Of a DNA stretch of 57,067 bases, positions 19,010 to 28,545 are shown piece by piece (position 1 is the first letter of the stretch; each line of letters begins with the position of its first letter). The translations under genes were made by a program, and so were the position numbers. Below the pieces are notes generated by a model that saw nothing but the letters and a program-made list of their open reading frames with translations, searched no databases and was not told the DNA's origin. Source of the stretch: Elusimicrobiota bacterium. Its GTDB lineage: Bacteria > Elusimicrobiota > UBA8919. The DNA is taken from contig JAZDKR010000012.1 in NCBI GenBank assembly GCA_043802785.1, forward strand, positions 1 to 57,067, written 5' to 3'.

Positions 19010-19288
19010 TTATGCTACTTCCGTTTTGAGTAATTTGTTAGTCGCTGTTTTGCCATTTGTCCAAAGTTCATATTCACTCAGGTCAATATCATCACTCCAC
19101 GAAATACCATAACCACCTGTATCAACATGGACGGCATTGAAAAAGGCAGGACTCCCGAGCAAATGAAACTGCGATCTGGCAAGAAGAGACTCACAATCAT
19201 AAATTTTCTTAACTCCGCTATCAAAAGTAACAAGCAACCGTACCCCACCAATGGTTTTTACAGTTTTAATTCTGGGTATCTGTTCCAT
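19010..19288 (-). CDS. DUF2442-family protein (TA partner)
   Basis: LLVTFDSG..K.YD....L....F..L....FF..V.VD.GGYGISW..DIDLSE.ELW; start at MEQIPR. Confidence 0.85.
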   Translation of the reverse strand: MEQIPRIKTVKTIGGVRLLVTFDSGVKKIYDCESLLARSQFHLLGSPAFFNAVHVDTGGYGISWSDDIDLSEYELWTNGKTATNKLLKTEVA

Positions 19289-19295
19289 ATAAAGT

Positions 19296-19550
19296 TTACT
19301 CCAATCCAGGAAGTTGCTTAAATTCCTGACGATTCCACATTTCCAACAATTCTTTTTGGTAAAAACCAGCCCATTCTTTGACAAGCCGTTGAGCTCTGCC
19401 AGGCAAATCCCCTTCAATCATCTCCAATGATTCTATAGCAAAAACAGCATTGAACTCTCCGTAAATTGTATGAAAATGAGGAACGCCATGTTCGCTTTGA
19501 CTGAAGTACATCTTGATTATAACTCCGTAAAATCTGGCTATAACTGGCAT
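19296..19550 (-). CDS. DUF4160-family protein (TA partner)
   Basis: MPVIARFYGVIIKMYF..EH..PHFH..YGE...LVKEWA......L..MW. Confidence 0.9.
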   Translation of the reverse strand: MPVIARFYGVIIKMYFSQSEHGVPHFHTIYGEFNAVFAIESLEMIEGDLPGRAQRLVKEWAGFYQKELLEMWNRQEFKQLPGLE

Positions 19551-19570
19551 ATGTTTATCCTCCTTTTATT

Positions 19571-19631
19571 GTCTAACGTTTAATCTCAGCGGCGACGATT
19601 TTTTGCCATTCGCTGGATTGATTTGTTATGA
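19571..19631 (-). other. Integron attC site
   Basis: Minus strand TCATAAC (HNH stop)...CCAGCGAATGGC...GTCGCCGCTGAG...GTTAGAC, followed by AGGAGG and the ATG of the next cassette. Confidence 0.85.
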
Positions 19632-19937
19632 CTTTTCTTTGTTTTTTCTTCTTGTTTCAGCAGCCTTTCTGCCCGCATCTTTCATTCGTTTATGCCAGTC
19701 AACAACCTTCGGGCGATCACGCATTATCTTGATTGTTTCAGAGGATATTAGATTCAGATCATGCATTTTGTGGCAATTGGGGCAAAGAATGACAAGATTG
19801 TTCACCTCATTATTGTTCCTATCACCATCAACATGAGCAACTTCCAGAACTGATGGTATACCGAAACCGCAGTGTGCACACAGTATGTTATATGATTCAA
19901 ATGCCATTTTACGGTAATTGACTCGTTTTGTTGTCAT
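19626..19937 (-). CDS. HNH endonuclease (cassette)
   Basis: CAHCG...LEVAHVDGDRNNN...NLVILCPNCH. Confidence 0.9.
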   Translation of the reverse strand: MTTKRVNYRKMAFESYNILCAHCGFGIPSVLEVAHVDGDRNNNEVNNLVILCPNCHKMHDLNLISSETIKIMRDRPKVVDWHKRMKDAGRKAAETRRKNKEKS

Positions 19938-20088
19938 CCATTTTTCAACAAAAATAACTAACTCCCTGTCTGGGTCTGGTTCATTTTTTTGTTATGCTCA
20001 ATTTTTACTCCACCGTCTTTTTCTTTCCTTTGTCTCGCCTCAATTCTGCTTTCAATGTCTGACCCCAATTACCTCTCCCGAGCAATTA

Positions 20089-21147
20089 CTACTTTTTTCC
20101 CAAATTTTCAGGTCTTAATGACCGTACAGCAGCGCCTGCTCTCCACATTTCGGAGTCCCTAATCTGTTTTAATTCTTTATCTAATTTTTCTCTATAATCA
20201 GAAGCGCCGTTTGCTTCAATTACTCTCTTTGTTTCTTCACCATTGTGAACTTTGTTGTATAATTCTTCAAATACCGGCTCTACCGCTTTCCTGAATTTAG
20301 GCATCCAATCAAGAGCACCTCTCTGAGCAGTCGTTGAACAGTTGGCGAACATCCAATCCATACCGTTTTCGGCAACAAGTCGTATCAAACTCTGCGTAAG
20401 TTCTTCAACGGTTTCGTTGAACGACTCAGACGGACTGTGTCCGTGTTTTCTCAAAAGATTATATTGTGCATCCATTATACCGGCTAACGCACCCATCAAG
20501 GTTCCTCTCTCACCGGTAAGGTCTGAGTAAACCTCTTTTTCAAAAGTTGTCGGGAAAAGGAAGCCAGAACCAACGGCAATACCGAGAGCAAGTGTCCTAT
20601 CCATGGCTTTACCAGTAGCATCTTGAAAAACGGCGAAACTTGAATTTATTCCGCTGCCATTCAAAAAATTCCTTCTTACCGATAATCCAGAGCCCTTCGG
20701 TGCAACTAATATAACATCAATATCTTTTGGCGGGATAACTTTTGTCTGGTCCTTGTAGACAATTGAAAACCCGTGTGAAAAATACAATGCCTTTCCTTTT
20801 GTAAGCAACGGTTTTAATTTCGGCCAATATGCCATTTGACCTGCATCGGAAATCAGATACTGTATTATTGTTCCTCTTTGTGCCGCTTCTTCAATACTGA
20901 AAAGAGTTTTACCGGGTATCCAACCGTCTTTAACGGCTTTATCCCAATATATTTTTTCTTCGGGTTTCTGTCCAATTATAACATTTATTTTGTTATCCCT
21001 CATATTCAGTGATTGCGCCGGTCCCTGAACACCATATCCGATTACGGCAACAACTTCATTTTTCAGAACTTCCTGTGCTTTTGACAACGGAAATTCGTCC
21101 CTTGTAACAACTTCTTCCATAACCCCACCAAAATCAATCTTCGCCAT
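20089..21147 (-). CDS. ilvC: Ketol-acid reductoisomerase (Bacteroidetes/fungal-type)
   Basis: IGYGVQG, FSHGF, VAPKGSG, SDLTGERG, CSTTAQRGA. Confidence 0.96.
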   Translation of the reverse strand: MAKIDFGGVMEEVVTRDEFPLSKAQEVLKNEVVAVIGYGVQGPAQSLNMRDNKINVIIGQKPEEKIYWDKAVKDGWIPGKTLFSIEEAAQRGTIIQYLISDAGQMAYWPKLKPLLTKGKALYFSHGFSIVYKDQTKVIPPKDIDVILVAPKGSGLSVRRNFLNGSGINSSFAVFQDATGKAMDRTLALGIAVGSGFLFPTTFEKEVYSDLTGERGTLMGALAGIMDAQYNLLRKHGHSPSESFNETVEELTQSLIRLVAENGMDWMFANCSTTAQRGALDWMPKFRKAVEPVFEELYNKVHNGEETKRVIEANGASDYREKLDKELKQIRDSEMWRAGAAVRSLRPENLGKK

Positions 21148-21200
21148 TGCTCTACCCTCCTATTTTGAAAATTTTGCTAACACCTATTTTATATCTCTAT

Positions 21201-21368
21201 CTAAAAATATTTTTGAGGATTTAATTTTACTACTTTTCCCTTCTCCCACACCACAATTGGTATTCCTTTGGACTTGTGGTCTGCAATCACTCCCGCAACT
21301 GCTTTTTTGATTGCCCATTCGGCTTTTTTTCCTTCGGACGATAATTTGTAAACATTTTTTTTTTTCAT
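21201..21368 (-). CDS. 55-aa partner of the zeta-like ATPase
   Basis: Manual translation MKKKNVYKLSSEGKKAEWAIKKAVAGVIADHKSKGIPIVVWEKGKVVKLNPQKYF; GGAGG RBS inside the upstream gene end. Confidence 0.75.
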   Translation of the reverse strand: MKKKNVYKLSSEGKKAEWAIKKAVAGVIADHKSKGIPIVVWEKGKVVKLNPQKYF

Positions 21369-21369
21369 T

Positions 21370-21951
21370 CTATTCCACCTCCATCTTTATCCTCTCAAAA
21401 AGTTTTTTGTTAATGTATTGATAACCTTCTTTTGTTTTTTCAAAAATTGCTCGGGGTTTTGTGGACGAGTTGTCAAAAATAACAAGACAATCTATCAAAT
21501 CTATGTAAATATGAAAAAGATTATACAATGTTCTTGAAAAACGACGTTTAACATCGGAAGCAGGGACATTATGCCCGCCTTCCAACACTCTGTTTTTTAT
21601 TCTTTCTATAGCAAGCTGAAAGTTGGGAATCCATAAATAATACATATGTATGCGATACCCAGCAGATTTCATCTGACGAAGTAAAATAGAATACGAACGA
21701 CCTGACAAAGTTGTTTCAAAAGCAAATGTTTTTCGTTCTCTAAAAAGTTCGTGAATTCTTTTTAACACTAATCTGCCAGATTGGATAGTAACTTTTTCAG
21801 GAGCAAACGGTGAAAGTCCCTGGGCGATTAAATCGGCATTTATAAAATCCACATTGCCGACAAATTTAGGAAGAAATTCTCGTGCAAATGTTGTTTTTCC
21901 TGCACCATTTGAGCCGGCTATTAAATAGACATCTGGATTTGTTTTATTCAT
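21370..21951 (-). CDS. Zeta-toxin-like / predicted ABC-type P-loop ATPase
   Basis: AGSNGAGKTT, INADLIA, FETTLSG, RVLEGGHNVP. Confidence 0.88.
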   Translation of the reverse strand: MNKTNPDVYLIAGSNGAGKTTFAREFLPKFVGNVDFINADLIAQGLSPFAPEKVTIQSGRLVLKRIHELFRERKTFAFETTLSGRSYSILLRQMKSAGYRIHMYYLWIPNFQLAIERIKNRVLEGGHNVPASDVKRRFSRTLYNLFHIYIDLIDCLVIFDNSSTKPRAIFEKTKEGYQYINKKLFERIKMEVE

Positions 21952-22020
21952 ACTTTTGTCAAATTCGTTCAAGTATTTACGCCACTTTAATCAGAACCAT
22001 CCCTTAGTCGTTATTATCAA

Positions 22021-22524
22021 TTAATCTATGTTACTTTCAGATACTGGCAATGGATAATAACTATTTTCTTTGGCTATACTTTTCAATACTGATTTATACT
22101 TTTCTATTTTTATTGAAAACTTCAGTAGACCTTCTTCATATACCACCACACCATGTCTTCTGCCATGATAATCATTGACAATTGGAAATAATGTTTCATA
22201 TTCCGGTTTTACATATCTTTTTATTACACACATGTGAATTCTTGGAATATTTTTGGTGTCACTATATCCTGATAGTAAAAGGAAGTCTCTCCATCTTTCC
22301 GTCTTTTTATCACGTAAACGAAATTGGATGTTAATAAAAGATGTTTCTTTAAATTTCCATGTTACGGTCGGAAAATCACCAAGAACTCCTTTCATATAAT
22401 CGAATAATTCCTTTACTTTATTCCCCATTAAATGATTTTTTAGAACACATTTTTTAATGTATTCTTCGGCTTTTTCCCTGTGGATTTTTGGGTCATTTGG
22501 TGTTTTACTTTTTCTATGCGGCAT
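22021..22524 (-). CDS. Hypothetical protein
   Basis: 167 aa ORF with AGGAGG RBS; no recognised motif. Confidence 0.65.
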   Translation of the reverse strand: MPHRKSKTPNDPKIHREKAEEYIKKCVLKNHLMGNKVKELFDYMKGVLGDFPTVTWKFKETSFINIQFRLRDKKTERWRDFLLLSGYSDTKNIPRIHMCVIKRYVKPEYETLFPIVNDYHGRRHGVVVYEEGLLKFSIKIEKYKSVLKSIAKENSYYPLPVSESNID

Positions 22525-22624
22525 GTTTCCTCCTTTTATTTTTTATCTCACTCTTGCACAGTTATTATATCCTCGGCAATTCTTTCTATCTCTCTATTTT
22601 GAACGGATAAAAATGATTTTCTAC

Positions 22625-22786
22625 CTACTTACAGAATTGTTCAATTTTAGCCCACCTTAATAATTTCATATATCTTTTATTAGCAGGTCTCCACTTTATA
22701 CCATTAGTCGTGATAAGACAAGTTCCTTTTTTCTTTCCATCAGTATATGGAACAGTAACCTTAACCACCCGTTTCCCTTTTGCCAT
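22625..22786 (-). CDS. Small basic hypothetical protein (53 aa)
   Basis: GGGAGG RBS; MAKGKRVVKVTVPYTDGKKKGTCLITTNGIKWRPANKRYMKLLRWAKIEQFCK; below the ORF-track cutoff. Confidence 0.6.
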   Translation of the reverse strand: MAKGKRVVKVTVPYTDGKKKGTCLITTNGIKWRPANKRYMKLLRWAKIEQFCK

Positions 22787-22830
22787 TTGTTCCTCCCGTT
22801 CTCGTTAATTTTTTACTGCCACAACTGTTT

Positions 22831-24645
22831 TTAAAAATCACATAATCTTTTATTTTTCTCTTTCCAAAAGTAATTACAATTTAAAATAACTATTCCTGTA
22901 GTCCAGTCATATAACCATGTAGTCGTATTATCAACATATGTTCTTAAATTCTCTTCTGCTAAACTATAAGAATCAATATAAGAAGAGGAAGTAACCATCT
23001 TAACTGTATTCTTACCATTGCCTTCCCAGTTTTCCGAAATATTCAATTTAACAATGGGTATATTATCAATGTACTTTTGTTTTTTAGGGGGAAGGAACCC
23101 CTGGGACACCAACTCTGGAGTTATATTCCTATCAATATACTCTTTTTTAAGTTCCTCAAGGGAACTGGGATAATTTCCTTCGTTCTGGTCATAATAAATA
23201 GTTAAGGCATTTCTTAAATTCCCTCGGAAATGCATAGCTTTAGATATAGATTTATATTCTGTTGTAGATTTATATTCTTCTGTAATTCTCTCTCCACTAC
23301 TAATATCTTCTCCCCGTCTGCTCCCGTTTTTTACTTTAGATTTAATTGATGATAATTTTTTTGCTTCTGCCAAGGGTAACAAGGGTAATACAATGGAAAT
23401 TTCTATTGATTTCCCCATAAAGGACACCAGATAAAATCCAGGTTCACCTTTCCTTATACCTGTTACAAAAAAGGGAGATACATCAACAATGGACGACACA
23501 TTATCAAATTTTTTAGAATTCCCATATGATTTTCCGGCAATAATATGACCATTGCTATCTACAAAAGTAAAGATAATTTCCATGTCACATAAAAGATTAT
23601 AAAAATACATGTTTAATCCGTATTCTGCTTCTTTTTCATTATCAATACCAGCACCGTCTCCCTTAAAGGCAATACAATGAATACCTTCGTCAAGAAATAT
23701 TACTGACCCTTCTAATGTTTTTTCTACTTGATAAATCTTTTCTCTAACACTATCATCAAGGGAAATTTCTACATTTACTTTAACAGTAATATTATCGAAA
23801 TCGTTTAAATTTGTTGAAATGTTTGGTTCTCCTATTTTAATTACAAACCCATTTTTAATTATTTCATCCGCTAAATCTTTAAGTAATTTTTTAGAAGTAG
23901 TTAAAAAATCAGTTTTGTTACTAAGTTGTGAAAATGCTTCAGAAAATATATTTTCTCCAGACACATTCTTTGAGAAATAAGCATAATTCTCTTGAGCTGA
24001 TTTATATTCCGGAGCCATTTGAGTTGCCTTTTTGAACAATTCCAACGCTTTTTTAATTTGCTCGTCATCTACTGCACTAATACCTTCATAATTATATTTG
24101 ACAGCGTCTAAATTTTCCGTTTCCAGTTGTTCAATTGTTTTTTGATTCTCCGGTGTTAATTTAACGCCTAATGTTTTTAGCAATTCTATACTGAATTTTT
24201 TTTCTACTAACAAAAAATTTGAAACATTTCCGGTAGTTCTAACACTATCCATAATTTCAGAAGTTTTTATGTCAATAATCTGACCATCTATATTTATTTT
24301 GTCGTCAAAAATAATAAATGACCCTAATAAAACAACATTTGCACCCAAGGTATTTCCCACTTCAATTGCACTGTCTTTATTTATAACACCTGAAAGTGCA
24401 AGTTTTTGTTCTACTAATACTTTTTGTAGATTTTCCCTTTGAACGACTTGTATCTGTTTAGTTTTAGAGATATCACTAATAATCAAATCAGCAACACCTT
24501 TTCTCATCCAATCAAATTCCAAATTTTTAGAAGTATTATCAAAATACATAACAGACAAAACTATATTATCCGGAAGTTTTCCTCCCCAGATTAAAGTATT
24601 GTTTAGTAGCGAGAAAAAAAAGAATAATAAAAAATATTTTTTCAT
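22831..24645 (-). CDS. Secreted protein: CsgG/TolB-N-like domain + TPR + GspG-like C-terminal segment
   Basis: Signal peptide; VMYFDNTS...VVQRENLQKVLVEQKLALSG...VGNTLGA; TPR-like helix pair; LRNALTIYY...GNYPSSLEEL. Confidence 0.7.
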   Translation of the reverse strand: MKKYFLLFFFFSLLNNTLIWGGKLPDNIVLSVMYFDNTSKNLEFDWMRKGVADLIISDISKTKQIQVVQRENLQKVLVEQKLALSGVINKDSAIEVGNTLGANVVLLGSFIIFDDKINIDGQIIDIKTSEIMDSVRTTGNVSNFLLVEKKFSIELLKTLGVKLTPENQKTIEQLETENLDAVKYNYEGISAVDDEQIKKALELFKKATQMAPEYKSAQENYAYFSKNVSGENIFSEAFSQLSNKTDFLTTSKKLLKDLADEIIKNGFVIKIGEPNISTNLNDFDNITVKVNVEISLDDSVREKIYQVEKTLEGSVIFLDEGIHCIAFKGDGAGIDNEKEAEYGLNMYFYNLLCDMEIIFTFVDSNGHIIAGKSYGNSKKFDNVSSIVDVSPFFVTGIRKGEPGFYLVSFMGKSIEISIVLPLLPLAEAKKLSSIKSKVKNGSRRGEDISSGERITEEYKSTTEYKSISKAMHFRGNLRNALTIYYDQNEGNYPSSLEELKKEYIDRNITPELVSQGFLPPKKQKYIDNIPIVKLNISENWEGNGKNTVKMVTSSSYIDSYSLAEENLRTYVDNTTTWLYDWTTGIVILNCNYFWKEKNKRLCDF

Positions 24646-24797
24646 AATAAAAGCTCCTCGTATAATGGAATTACCTTTATTTCCACTTTTTGTTAGCATT
24701 CAGGCAAAATGGAACAAATAGAGCAAAAAAATAGTGTCAGGCTTCTGTTCAAACCTTGAATAATCAGGCGAAATTCAAAATACAACAATGATTGCAA

Positions 24798-25118
24798 CTA
24801 TATTACAATTTCCATTGAATTTTTTAAAGCATCCATTATTATAGAAGATTCGTTCTTTATCTTTTTATACTCTTTGGGTGTGTAACACAGATAGTCAATA
24901 TGTTTTGGAAATGCTATTTTTTTTAGTGCAATGGACATTCTCTTTAAAAATGGTATATTAACAAAATAATCGGAAACTAAAATAATATCTAAGTCCGAAT
25001 TTCTTTTTGCTGTACCATTTACTCTTGAACCAAACATAATGACTTTATTTGGCTCAAATTCTTTCATAATGCTTGGCAAAGCATTCTTTTTAAATTTTAG
25101 TATCCATTGGTCAATCAT
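24798..25118 (-). CDS. Minimal nucleotidyltransferase (MNT) antitoxin
   Basis: FGSRVNG....SDLDI motif. Confidence 0.9.
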   Translation of the reverse strand: MIDQWILKFKKNALPSIMKEFEPNKVIMFGSRVNGTAKRNSDLDIILVSDYFVNIPFLKRMSIALKKIAFPKHIDYLCYTPKEYKKIKNESSIIMDALKNSMEIVI

Positions 25119-25518
25119 TTTTTTCCTCTTTCAGTAAACTCTCATAATATTTTTTTAATGCCTCAAATATTTCCTTTGCAATTCCTACCTTTTCTTTCGA
25201 TATTTCCTTCGTGTACTCCTCATATGGAACATTTTCAGATACATCTGGATATCTTGAAAAAGCATAATCTACCGTAAGATCTGATACCACATCGGTAACT
25301 TCTTTGTTTAATTTAAGTGTTCTTGCCATATCATCAAGATAATGGGTTCTCGGAACATTCTTCCCCGATAAAATAAAAATTGTTTTCAGCAATTTTTCTA
25401 CAGATTGGTGCGCAAGAAAAGCAGATACATCATAGCCACCAATATCAATATTCTTTTCTGCCATATCCAAGTCATGTAGGGCTTGTTTAAACCATTTTAA
25501 TGCTATTTTCTTTTTCAT
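25111..25518 (-). CDS. HEPN-domain protein
   Basis: W..QA..DL..A......Y....F.AHQSVEK.LK...PRTH....SRYPD. Confidence 0.9.
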   Translation of the reverse strand: MKKKIALKWFKQALHDLDMAEKNIDIGGYDVSAFLAHQSVEKLLKTIFILSGKNVPRTHYLDDMARTLKLNKEVTDVVSDLTVDYAFSRYPDVSENVPYEEYTKEISKEKVGIAKEIFEALKKYYESLLKEEKND

Positions 25519-25568
25519 ATTTCATTTTCTTGAATTTTTTTTGTCAATCCGAATTAAAAGTCAGCCAC

Positions 25569-26348
25569 TTATTTTTTCATTCTATCTGAAATAATTTCTG
25601 CAACTTTTTTGCCACTCATAAGCATTCCACCGAAAATAGGACCCATTCTCTGTGCACCAAATATAGCATTACAACACATCCCACATGAATAGACCCCCGG
25701 ATATATTTCTTTTGTATTTTCAAGAATCTTTTTCTCCCCTATTTCGGCATTCATCTCTTTTTCTCCCATAATTTTACCAGTTTTTGTTTTTAATTTACAA
25801 CCATTTTTGTCCTGAAGTTTATGGGCAACTTCTGCTGGATGGCCTGTTGCATCTATAACATATTTTGTTCCCACTGTGATAGGGTCAACATGGAGTTTGG
25901 CAATTTCAACAGCACTCCAATTTACAACTAATCCGCTGACCCTTCCCTTTGTAATCATAACATCTTCAGCACTCATTAAATTAAATATCTTTACTCCTGC
26001 TTTTGATGCTTTGGAACAAATTGTTGAAACCGTCTCAACCGAATCAGCACAATAATAACCATCACCCATATCTTTTGTTTTTACATCAAATTCATCGAGA
26101 ATTTTTTTTGCATTATTTTGAATGACGATTTCGTTAAACATTATTCCGCCGCCCCACATCCCACCGCCTATTGAAAGTTTCCTCTCAAAAAGAATTACTT
26201 TTACATTTTCTTTTGCAAGATAATAAGCAGCCGTTAATCCGGCCGGGCCACCGCCAACTACGACAACATCGGACTTCAAACTATCAAGCAACTTTTCCGA
26301 AAATTGCTTGATTATTAATTCGGATATTTTGACATCATCTAATACCAT
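25569..26348 (-). CDS. thi4: Sulfide-dependent thiazole synthase Thi4, copy 2
   Basis: [33 protein letters not shown]; start at MVLDD. Confidence 0.93.
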   Translation of the reverse strand: MVLDDVKISELIIKQFSEKLLDSLKSDVVVVGGGPAGLTAAYYLAKENVKVILFERKLSIGGGMWGGGIMFNEIVIQNNAKKILDEFDVKTKDMGDGYYCADSVETVSTICSKASKAGVKIFNLMSAEDVMITKGRVSGLVVNWSAVEIAKLHVDPITVGTKYVIDATGHPAEVAHKLQDKNGCKLKTKTGKIMGEKEMNAEIGEKKILENTKEIYPGVYSCGMCCNAIFGAQRMGPIFGGMLMSGKKVAEIISDRMKK

Positions 26349-26517
26349 TTTACTATCCTCCTTTTTAGAGTTCCTGTTAGTCATTTTAATAAGTTAGCCG
26401 ACTAAAACATGCCCCGATAAAATCGGGGTCGGGCATAATTTATTCCCCACTTCAGTTGGGACAAATCTTCCAAATTCCGATACTATAATTTATGTACATA
26501 AGCGTTCAATCCAGTTG

Positions 26518-27768
26518 TTAGCAGTTCGGCTTTTTCAATACAACAATATACTCGCAATTCATAGTGGTATTCTTTGCGCCAGTAACATTTGTCGGACTGT
26601 TTTCTTTTGGCATCCGCTTGCTCGGAATGTTGCGAATGATTGTTTCTATATGCGTAACATTGTGTTGCTCAAAAAACTTTGCAGTAGCAATATCTGTTGG
26701 AAGTTCCTCATCTTTCACTCGTCTGTTTCCGACAACATATGCAATGTTGCATCCTGGTTTAATTGTCTTAGCAACATTTGAAATTGAAATTTTGTAATCG
26801 TGGTAAAAACTAATTACATCTAACGCTCGCTTCTCGTCTTTGTTCCCTATTTTCTCAATTTGTTTGTCCAACTCTTTCACGCCAAACTTTTCATAATTCT
26901 TTGCTCGTCTACCTCCCATTAAATTATTGTCAACCTGATTTGCATTTTTAAGTCCTAACCACTGATTTGAAAGTCGTGAAAATTGTCCATATGCAACAGT
27001 AGTTTTGCTATCTCCATATGGTGGCGAGGTAACAATCAAATCAATGCTTCCTTCCTTGATAATTTTCTTTGGGATATCGTTAATTGTATTAAAGTCACAA
27101 ATCTGATTTTTCTTATGTGCTTTAACTTGCTCAATGAAATTTTTCAAGCCGTTTCTATTTCTGAAAATTTTTCTTTCAAAAATTGTGAAAACATCTGGAG
27201 AAAATTTTTTTAGTTGCCCTTCTTTCATTCGCACTAATTTGAATTCACTATTTTTTGTCAGCGAACTTTCTCTAATAGTTTCGCTAAACGCAACTTTGAA
27301 AAAGGCAATCACATTTTCATCTTCAATTTTGTCGATGTAGTTTTTAATCCTTGCTAAATGTTGTTTCACTTGCGGAGTAAACCAAAAATCAACATTTTGG
27401 AAATATGGAATCTCTATTGTTTCATTTTTAATTCCGAATTTGTATTGAAAAATAAAATCGTTGAAATCCTTTAAATAAAAATCTAAAACTTGTAATGGAA
27501 TTACAGTTGACTTTGCTTTTGTGATTAGTCGGGCTAAAGGATTTATGTCTGTTGCAATTCCGCTTATACCACGCAAGTTTGCTTCAACAACTGAAGTTCC
27601 TGTTCCGCAATAGGGGTCAAACAAAACATCATTTTTCTTTCCTAAACGGTCAATCAATCTTCCTGCAATTTGAGGTATCATCATTGCTGGATAATTGTGG
27701 AAGCAATGAGTGAAAACTTTTGTATCCGCTGTCCTGAAATCCCAAGAATTGTCTGTATATTTTTTCAT
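26518..27768 (-). CDS. N4-cytosine DNA methyltransferase (M.MvaI-like), R-M system 4
   Basis: HNYPAMMIPQ, FDPYCGTGT, TSPPY; ATG at 27768 coupled to the REase stop. Confidence 0.9.
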   Translation of the reverse strand: MKKYTDNSWDFRTADTKVFTHCFHNYPAMMIPQIAGRLIDRLGKKNDVLFDPYCGTGTSVVEANLRGISGIATDINPLARLITKAKSTVIPLQVLDFYLKDFNDFIFQYKFGIKNETIEIPYFQNVDFWFTPQVKQHLARIKNYIDKIEDENVIAFFKVAFSETIRESSLTKNSEFKLVRMKEGQLKKFSPDVFTIFERKIFRNRNGLKNFIEQVKAHKKNQICDFNTINDIPKKIIKEGSIDLIVTSPPYGDSKTTVAYGQFSRLSNQWLGLKNANQVDNNLMGGRRAKNYEKFGVKELDKQIEKIGNKDEKRALDVISFYHDYKISISNVAKTIKPGCNIAYVVGNRRVKDEELPTDIATAKFFEQHNVTHIETIIRNIPSKRMPKENSPTNVTGAKNTTMNCEYIVVLKKPNC

Positions 27769-28439
27769 AGTAATTTTGTTTTTTCGGCAAAACATTGAAT
27801 AAGATTTTTTTCCGTTCCTCTATTTCTAACTGCACCCGATGGATTTAAGTGCATCCTCAAATCTACAACTACGAAACCTTGCTCTATCAATTTTAGCAAT
27901 CCATTTTTGCTTGGAGTTTTCAATAAGTATGCTTCGTTGTAATGAAATTCTTCTTTGTCATTTTCATCTCTACGGGTATTAGCAAGAACTAAAATGAGTG
28001 AGGGTAGTTTTGCTGAAAAGTATTTCAATAAAATTGTTGCGTCCCACTCAGCAATCAAAGTTTTGTCGGTGTGATACATTTGAAGCGATTGCTTCGTTAC
28101 TTTCAAATAAAGTCCTTGTGCGTTTGGTATAACACGAACAAAACATTTCAATGCCTTTCGTTTCTGCTTGTCTTTGTAGCCATAAGTTTTGATAACATCC
28201 GATTGATGAATTTTCCAAACTCCACTATTAAAAGTGAACATCGTTATAAATGAAGAAACGTTTTTCCGTTTTGATTTCAACTCAATCTTTCCGAGATCGG
28301 GAAGTTTGATATTGTTTTCTTTAATATCCAAAAGCGTTTCAATCGTGTACCCAATTCCTGTATTGTTTTTTCGCTTTGATTGCACAAAACCTAATTTCTC
28401 AATCGCTGTCAGTTTACTTTTAAATTCCGATAATGTCAT
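27765..28439 (-). CDS. MvaI/BcnI-family restriction endonuclease
   Basis: TGIGYTIETLLDIKENN..LPD...IELKS...ITMF signature. Confidence 0.85.
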   Translation of the reverse strand: MTLSEFKSKLTAIEKLGFVQSKRKNNTGIGYTIETLLDIKENNIKLPDLGKIELKSKRKNVSSFITMFTFNSGVWKIHQSDVIKTYGYKDKQKRKALKCFVRVIPNAQGLYLKVTKQSLQMYHTDKTLIAEWDATILLKYFSAKLPSLILVLANTRRDENDKEEFHYNEAYLLKTPSKNGLLKLIEQGFVVVDLRMHLNPSGAVRNRGTEKNLIQCFAEKTKLL

Positions 28440-28545
28440 AAAATATTTTGTCGGTTTTCCCTACAAACAAATCACCCTTATGGGATTACGGTTTCGTTTC
28501 TATTATCTTTTTGAATTTTCCTGTTTCAAAAATAGAAGTATATCT

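Noticed and set aside
19289-19417. N-terminal extensions given by the ORF track (DUF2442; also thrC, hom, thi4 copy 2, MTase 4, PBP1A, NfeD)
   Set aside because: They overlap neighbouring genes or repeats; downstream ATGs match family N-termini.
18257-19631. Repeated TCAGCGGCGACG core as a CRISPR array
   Set aside because: Intervals are ~600-bp genes rather than 30-40 nt spacers; no cas genes; ends fit attC.
22805-22830. GTTGTGG after the CsgG-like stop as an attC R' box
   Set aside because: No upstream R'' box or palindrome.
26349-26517. TPP riboswitch or attC upstream of thi4 copy 2
   Set aside because: No TPP consensus; TGCTAAC at the MTase stop has no matching GTTRRRY partner at attC distance.
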